A stretch of 64,000 bases of DNA from positions 2,234,001 through 2,298,000 of the forward strand of contig NC_087251.1 in assembly GCF_037042905.1 (NCBI RefSeq). Direction: 5' to 3'. Source of the stretch: Lytechinus pictus (taxonomy: Eukaryota). The stretch's first letter is position 1. Every line of letters begins with the position of its first letter. The translations under genes and the position numbers were made by a program. This document shows, one piece after another, positions 55,990-64,000 of the stretch. The notes below the pieces were generated by a model. That model was not told where the DNA came from and did no database searches. It worked only from the letters and a program-made list of their open reading frames with translations.

Positions 55990-56730
55990 GGTGAAGAACG
56001 AGGATATTGTGATCAGATTGAGTCGAAAATTGCTTGAGAGACCCACAGTTCACACTTATCAACTATTAAGGCGTAAATAAGAGAAATTCATGTATACCAT
56101 CAAAGTACCTCTGCACCTGCAGTTAAAGTGAAGCTAAAAAGATTATCTCTGGAGTTACGTCGTACAGGATTTGATACGCATGCTCAGTCGACTGCTCGTA
56201 GCTTTGTGTAGAACATGGATTGTATTTGCTTTCAAGCGCGCGAATCCACAAATTGAACCAGTAGTATTTGCTCACATTCTCTTAGCTCTCACGAATAAGC
56301 AGCTCGTCATATATAATGGCATGTTCCTAATGAATTACTTGTCAGGGATGACAATCATAACCATGACTGTGTACACGAAAAAGTCTAGTAATGTGATTGA
56401 TATATCTAAGTGAAAGTTGACATAAAACAAGATATTTCAGAAAGGAAATGGTGCACTATAGTTCAACAGCATCCACACATTATTTTTCTCATATTCCATT
56501 TTCCCGTACAGTTTATACTGAAAGGTAGCAAACACAACTTGGTTAAAAGAGCATGATTCAGAATATGAATGGGTGTATATACCCTGCAACGTAACTCTGT
56601 CCATTTGCGTGACGATGAGGCAAAGTCTGTAAGAAAGCAGAGCTTTGAATACGATGCTATGCGCTATTTTGTAAAAAGCGAAGAAAAAAAATCTATATTC
56701 TTCAGATTATTGTTGTATAAACCTTGCCCA

Positions 56731-56972
56731 CACTGCAAAAACTCCGGTGCTGATTTAACACCAGCCCGGAATCTATATATGTCCACACCAGAGAAGTATT
56801 GAAACAACACCAGTTTGGAATCAAACCGATGCTGTTTTAATACTAATTGGTGTTGAATAAACACCTTTCTGGTGTTAGACCAAAACGAAGCTGGTGTTGT
56901 TTAACACTTCTCTGGTGTAGACATATATAGAATCCGGGCTGGTGTTAAATCAACACCGGAGTTTTTGCAGTG
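56731..56972. mobile_element. CACTG-terminated palindromic MITE
   Basis: Termini CACTGCAAAAACTCCGGTG / CACCGGAGTTTTTGCAGTG with 2-bp CA flanks; a related truncated copy lies at about 62347-62513. Confidence 0.8.
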
Positions 56973-57204
56973 CACTGGGTCTTTCATACATCTCCACACA
57001 CAAAACTTCCACCCCTCCAAAAGACAATATTGATAATGATAAATTAAAATGAATGATTAATGAATAAATGAATGAAAATGAAATATTAAAATATATAAAC
57101 AAAAATATATCCTGCATTTTCTTCTGTTTCGTGCTATATGGTTTTTGGTGTATACTTACTGTCATGTAGTGATTGTATAAATCACTACATACATATAGTC
57201 TAGA

Positions 57205-57869
57205 CGGCTCGGTGTAAAAATGGCAGAGGTAAAAATGGCAGAGGTAAAAATGGCAGAGGTAAAAATGGCAAAGGTAAAAATGGCAAAGGTAAAAATGGCA
57301 GAGGTAAAATGGCAAAGGTAAAAATGGCAGAGGTAAAAATGGCAAAGGTAAAAATGGCAAAGTTAAAATGGCAGAGGTAAAAATGGCAGAGGTAAAAAAA
57401 AATGACAGAGGTATAAATAACTGGTCTTAAAGCCCCATGCAATAGATTGTCAAAAAGCCCCGGCAAATACATAAATTAATAGGAAAGGTTGTGAGAAGAC
57501 AACCAAAAATTAAATGTTGGATAATGGAAAGGGTAACATTATTTTGTTTAATCATGGATAGATCGTCTGCACCAAATTTCCAACCCTTGGGTTCGTATAT
57601 GTTTTTGTGTCAAATCGCTCTACTAATATTAATATTTGAAGCACACTTTGGATCCCATGTATATGGTGTGATAAAAAATAAACCAATGAAATATCATTTT
57701 CAAAAAAAAAAAAAGGAAGACAGTTTTTTTTATTGCCCTTCGGTATATCAACAGACAAATCATTTTACGTCCGCTCCTTAAAGATTTTTTTAGCAATCAT
57801 GAACCATTAAAAAATTGAAAAGTATACATTTTACAGTGCATAAAATATAGGGCAGGTGCTCGTATATCA

Positions 57870-57906
<37 letters not shown>

Positions 57907-59182
57907 CTTGGGGAATTTGATGAACCTCCAGTCAAACTTGTGTTTATTATATATATATATATTATATACATACATATATCACAGATCAAAAACTTCTGAT
58001 AACTTTCTTAATATTCAATGGATTTTCCAAAACCTTCAATATATTTTTTCCTGCAATTTTTACAACTATTCATCAGAGCGAACTTCCCCTTCAAAATAGG
58101 TCGATAGAATGGTTCCTTCACTCTTAAACTGTCAGATAATATACTGTCCACCCAAGTTATCAACCTATACTGTGTAGTTTTCACCCAAAGCACACATTAT
58201 TGGTTTAAAACTGCCCAGAATTGGATAAAGTTTTAACCAATTTTTGTGTGGACAGTATGTTGCCCAACATTTTTAAGAGTGTAAGAAACACCCATACATT
58301 TTATTCGCTACACATTTCCAAATTCATGCAGTATCCGTCCCACAGAAACTTGTTTGGGAACCTGACATTCACTTGGACTGGCTGCAATGAGTTATTACTT
58401 AAAACACTGAACAATAATTGCTATAACTGCATCATTTACATTAAACAATGTGCCATATTTATATCTATTCGGATCTATTATGATGTGGAATTAAAGAAAA
58501 TTGTTTTTTATTACAGAATGTTTGTTATTTTCTGTAATCCAATCTATGCAAGTGTAATCTCAAACTTGAATATTTCAGTGGGTTAATGGCAGCGGAAATT
58601 AATGTTTACATAAAATCGATGCTTTGCATGTGAAGCGCTGTTCTACTTGCGAACAGGCCAAGATAAATCCTTTCATTACTCATTAATTGAAATAAGTTTG
58701 GCAATATTTTTTAGTTTAATCATATCAACTATGAATTATAAACCTAATATAATGATGAAAAACAAGACACATAATATGTAATTAGTTAAAATAGCTCATT
58801 TCATCGACAAGAGTCCGTTCAAGGTCAAAAGGCTCTCTCTCTCTTCCTTTTTGCTGTAGCATGTCATCTTTACCTCTGTCATTTTTGCTTCTACCATCTT
58901 TAACTCTGTAATTTTTGCTTCTACCATCTTTAACTCTGTCATTTTTACCTCCGCCATTTTTACCTCTGCCATTTTTACCTCTGCCATTTTTACCTCTGCC
59001 ATTTTTACCTCTGCCATTTTTACTTCTGCCATTTTTACCTCTGCCATTTTTACCTCTGCCATTTTTACCTCTGCCATTTTTACCTCTGCCATTTTTACTT
59101 CTGCCATTTTTACCTCTGCCATTTTTACCTCTGCCATTTTTACCTTTGCCATTTTTACCTTTGCCATTTTTACCTGGCACCG
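57205..59182. mobile_element. About 2-kb foldback element with inverted 15-bp tandem arrays
   Basis: CGG...CCG termini with TCTAGA on both sides; (GGTAAAAATGGCAGA)n at about 57215-57415 and its reverse complement at about 58865-59175. Confidence 0.8.
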
Positions 59183-60475
59183 TCTAGACAGCATAAGGTA
59201 TATACGCCATTTTCAGATCCATCCCTTTGATGTCCATACCCCTTCTAAGAACCCTTATTCATTGATTTAATCCAAGTCAATAAAACCCTTAATCAACCCC
59301 TAATCAGAGAACAAAGAACTGCCACCCCTACCCAATAATTAACCCCTCCCCCTTTTGTCCTATACCCAAATCCTTGGATTGTAATTAGTGTTGAAGCTTG
59401 ATTATATAATGGGTGAACGCCCAAGGGTTGGGTTAGAACATTTGAGATCATCAAAGAGTTAGATCTGCATCGACATTAGAATATTCTTCACAACTCTAGA
59501 TGTGATACTGCTGGAAATTGATTATTAATAAAGTTATTGATTATATTGTACATGGAATATTCCTGTGTCATCATTGATGCTCCCAATCTGAAATGAACGA
59601 TCCCAACACAACATTACTTTTGTTAGTCCGTTTTGTTCTTTTTTTACACTTTACCTGTTGTCGGTAGAACCAGGCGCGTAGCCAGCGGGCGGTGGGGCGG
59701 TCGCCCCCCCCCCCCCCAAAAAAAAAAAAAAAAAAAAAAAAACACCTCCCAAAAAGAAAAAAAGAAGAGGAAAAAAAGAAAAAGCGAAAGGAGAAAAGGG
59801 AAGAAAGGTATAGCTTTTGTTGTTTTTTCCTTCTTTTTTGGTCAAAAGAATAACAATCTAAACGAGACGTTCTTCTCTATTCATGCTAAAAATTTGCTTC
59901 CGCGCTCCGCGCGGGAAAAATATAAAGATTGCCATTCCCTTTTGTTTCACACACCTTTTTTTACTCCGTTTTTCCCCTTCCTGGCCGTGCGAATCGTATA
60001 TTCTAGCCAGAAATTATAAAGTATACATGGGTGTAAAGAGTATGAAAAGTATGTTTGTATATTGCATTGATACAAAATTTTGGCTCTTCTGTTCGGAGCG
60101 GGTAAAAATTACCGTCACTCCCGAGTCCCCAAGTGCTTTTTCTTCCGCTTTTCTGCAAATAATTTTTGGCAAAGTGTCTGCTGAAAGGGGCAAGAAATAA
60201 ATTCGTGCCGTGCTAGTTGCATAGGATGTACGATATTAAACTTTATTCTTTATCGCTGCACATTCATCTCCTGTTTTGTTTTGCGTCATTGATTTGAAAT
60301 TTTGAATATCACTGAACTTTCTTTTAAAAAAAAGAGGTGCTTAATATGAGCGAAACAATTTTTCTTCCAAAATAAATTACAGAGGTTTCCGTGCTTCGGG
60401 AGCATGAGAAAGAAAAAGTCCCTCTTATAGCTTGCATCATCCCTTTCACATTTTGAGCTCGTTTTTCTTCTTAAT

Positions 60476-61556
60476 TGAGTTTGTATTAACGGTTATAAAT
60501 CTGATGCTTTGCCTCTCTCTTGTGGAGTACCTCAGGGTTCTGTGGGCGGGCCAACTCTCTTTTCGATTTATTTATCTGGATTGCGACAAGTTCTGTTGAA
60601 ACACGACATAAAATACCATATTTATGCAGACGACATTCAACTCATGATTTCCTTTAATTCGGATCAACTAGCTGCAGAAAGTTCCATCCATCGTCTTGAA
60701 TGTTGCATGGTTGATGTTCACAATTGGCTGACTTCTCACTCTCTTAAGTTGAATCCAGCCAAATGTGAATTTCTTCTTTTTGGCTCCAAGGTACAGCTAA
60801 GTAAAATCCACATCGACTCAATCTCATTTTCTGGCCTCACTGTAAATTTGTCAAGTTCTTGTCGCAATCTCGGTATAGTTTTTGATTCTCACATGACAAT
60901 GTCGAATCACATTTCTTTTATTTGTAGATCCGTTCGCTACCAATTGCGAAATATTGGTTTTATTAGAAAATACTTGTCTCGACCGGCCACAGAAAAATTG
61001 GTTCACGCTTTAATTTCGTCCCGTCTCGATTTTGGAAACTCCCTTTTGTTTAATCTACCACAGAATATGTTAGTCAAAGTTCAGAAACTTCAAAATGCTG
61101 CCGCTCGCATCGTTTCTCTATCCACCAGGCGCACTCACATTACTCCTATTTTAAGATCCTTACATTGGCTCCCTGTAAAACAGCGTATTATGTTCAAGAT
61201 TTTGTTGTTAACTTTTCATTGTGTTCATGGCTCATCTCCCCAGTACCTTATTTCACTTATCAAAAGTTATACCCCTTCAAGATCCTTACGTTCCTCCTTT
61301 TCCAATTCTCTTGTTACCCCCAAAATTTCCAAAACCTGGGGTGAAAGATCATTTGTTTACTCATCTTCTAAGCTATGGAATAGCCTCCCTCAAAACATCA
61401 AACAATGCTTGACTTCTGAAACTTTTAAACATTACCTCAAAACATTTCTGTTCAATTCTTCTTAATTTCTTTTATAATTTCCTAAAAAGCGCCTTGAGCA
61501 CTCTACAGAGTGGATTTGGCGCGATATAAGTCTAATTATTATTATTATTATTATTT
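60476..61556 (+). mobile_element. 5'-truncated L2/CR1-group LINE (RT 3' part)
   Basis: ORF 60509-61465 with GVPQGS, YADD and LHWLPVKQRIMFKILL; short 3' UTR ending in (TTA)n. Confidence 0.9.
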
Positions 61557-62548
61557 TAAGAAATATCAAAATTAGAAAAGGTTAAAGTTTCAGATAAATT
61601 TCAAAAATCAGAGCTTCAACACCATTCGCGGGAAGGAATAGGGTCTATTTTCTTCTGTATATACCCATTTTGTACTCTGTTTTGCGACTTGAGTCAACGA
61701 AATTTAATGTGGATAAACTTTCTACACTCAAATCTGATGTGACCAAGATATGCATAATTGTATAATTTCTGTTCTCTATTTTTTGTAAAAAGTTTTAAGC
61801 TTCCGCGCTTCGCGCGGAAAGAGGAATTATTTCCATCTTTTCCCATTTTGGGGAGCTCATAATTTCTTTCAAAAATATATTTTTTTTATCACAGCAAGTC
61901 AATATTCTAGTTGATAAGAGAGCTACAGAAGCCTGAAAAGCCCTAGTCTGCTATGCAGACTCTGAATTGCTCATGAGGTGGGATCTCAGCGTGCGAAGCG
62001 CGCTGCTGCTGGTTTGCGAAGCAAACCAGCCTAAAAGGGGCGAGCGAAGCGATCTTCAGCCACATTAGACCTAGTCTGCTATGCAGACTCGTTGAATCAG
62101 CTGTGGTACACACACTGCAGATGTGGGACTACATTTGTAGACTAGAAAAGCCCCCTGCAATAGAAACGTCAGTATAATTCACACTTCATCAATGCAGTAC
62201 AATTGGAATGATTGATTTTTTTTCATCCTTGTTACTTTTCCGACGAGAAATTAAACAAAAAATGTGGTTCCTTTGACCTTTTCAGGAGTTGTTTGTCAGA
62301 ATTTTGAAAGGAAAACGTGTCATTTTGCTCCCCACCCCTACTTGCGCCGGTGTTAATTTAACACCAGCCTGGTATCTATATCGGTCTACACCAGAGAGGT
62401 GTTGAAACAACACCGGTTAGTTTTAAACCAATATCGGTGTTGCTTTAACGCTTCTCTGGTGTGGACCGATATAGATACCACGCTGGTGTTAAATGAACAC
62501 CGGTGTTTTTGCTGCATGGAGCTAGGGTGGTGTGGTGAATGCTTTAAT

Positions 62549-62817
62549 GCGCCGTGGTCTGATGGTTAAAACGTTTTCAATCTAAAAGACGTCGATTTGA
62601 TTCCCAGCCATGGCGTATTTTCTTTCAGCAAGAACTTTACCAACATTGTGCTGCACTCAACCCAGGTGATGTAAATGGGTATAGGCAGCTAAGGAAGTAT
62701 TTTAAAAAAAGCTGTGAGCACCGGAAGCGGTAGACTTGCTTAGCCGGGGTAATTATAGGAGAGCCTTGAGCATCTAACAAGTTGGATACCCGAGCTATAC
62801 AAATCCTATATTATTTA
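62549..62817 (+). mobile_element. Decayed tRNA-derived SINE
   Basis: A-box-like TGGTCTGATGG, degenerate B box, central ACTCAACCCAGGTG...AATGGGTA core (also seen at about 2630-2665), and a 3' tail resembling that of the nearby LINE. Confidence 0.6.
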
Positions 62818-64000
62818 TCATTTATCAGGTGTGTACTTTTTTTTCCATTTCACTCTGTACTATATAATATGTAATATATAAAAAATAAATGTGTAATCCA
62901 GGGTTGTGTGAACTTTGAAACAAACTCATAACATTTGACCTAGGTTCATATGAAACTGGTAATGGTTTATTTTCAAATTTTTATGTACATGTATTCCATT
63001 CATTTGAAACCAAAAACAATCATTCGGTGAGCAAAATATTTGAAAAATACATTTATATTCTACACTCAAGTAGAAAATAAAGGTCCAATGTTTTCGATAC
63101 TTTAATGTATCAGTTTTATGTTTCATAATGTTGTTAATCTCCTGTCATAATGAAAAACGACACACAGACATACCGATATCAATTCTTCCTTTACATTCCA
63201 CCACTTTACATGTTAAGTAGTCTAAATCTGATCCCACGTCCTTTCAAAGTTTAATTCACATCTAGGACATCTCCCCTAATCACTCTTCTTCTGTGACATT
63301 AAATACCTCAAATCCTCTTAACACGACCTTGTCATTAATCAGTTTTGATTAAAAGGTCTCGCTGCATGAAACCCTATTTAATACAGATCTGATTACTCTT
63401 ATTCAAATTTGTAATGTTTCTTTCCTTGGTACCTTCCTGTAATAATTTACTTTGTTGGAAATGGGTTTGCATGTTACATACATCTATTACAAAGCTTCAT
63501 ATTGGTAAAAACAATTATCCTTTAGATTAACAACACCATTTGGTTTCATGAGGGAATGACGTGAAGGGGGAGGGGACAATATATTATGATATTGATAGAG
63601 AGAGAGAGAGAAAGTGTTATAGAGAGGATGAGTGAGAGAATGGAGAGGGGGCAGAGAGGAGAGAGGACGAAATATCGGGATGCTCCATGCATTGCTTTTT
63701 TTATCGGATATAACTGAATTTTCAGACAGTTGATGATTTGAATGTCATTTCTTTGCCACTCTCACGCAATTCATATCAAGTTAACTTTAATGGACTTCTA
63801 GACTAACGCCATTTTTTTGTATAAAATCATGCTGTACTCTTATGGGCCTATATACCCATAAGGCCGCTTTCATACTCAGGGGATTCGCGCGACCCCCCCC
63901 CCCCCCTCTTTTGGAAAAGTAACCACATAAACACATGTGCCGATAGTTTTTTGTACGTAATATTTTTTTCTTTCTTATGGGGGCATTTTCAGATTTTGCA

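Noticed and set aside
58782..59194. Pentapeptide-repeat ORFs (KMAEV, GKNGR, LPLPF)
   Set aside because: Translations of a 15-bp tandem array at a foldback element end; the same array occurs inverted at 57215-57415.

Overview
AT-rich, intron-rich animal genomic DNA. The repeat landscape and gene families suggest an invertebrate deuterostome such as a sea urchin (inference). Two convergent multi-exon genes were rebuilt by hand from splice sites and reading phases. (1) Plus strand, 431-29296, 5' end outside the window: 29 exons, about 1715 aa. It is a GRL101/LGR-type GPCR with CTL-EGF-CTL-3xCUB-CTL-7xLDLa-LRR-7TM architecture, and its C-terminal tail looks like a degenerate protein-kinase fold. 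(2) Minus strand, 55989-43050: 6 exons, 468 aa. It is a divergent non-alpha nicotinic-type Cys-loop channel subunit that has lost most ACh-binding residues. Introns and the intergenic region are full of mobile DNA: a decayed hAT transposase element, an internally deleted L1/Tx1-type LINE with a 16-bp TSD nested in a foldback element, an L2/CR1-group LINE 3' fragment, a SINE, Kolobok/hAT/Harbinger-like MITEs, a 933-bp palindrome and microsatellites. A structurally intact tRNA-like gene with a UCA (UGA-reading) anticodon sits inside nested elements in the first visible intron. All coordinates were read by eye and no database searches were run.
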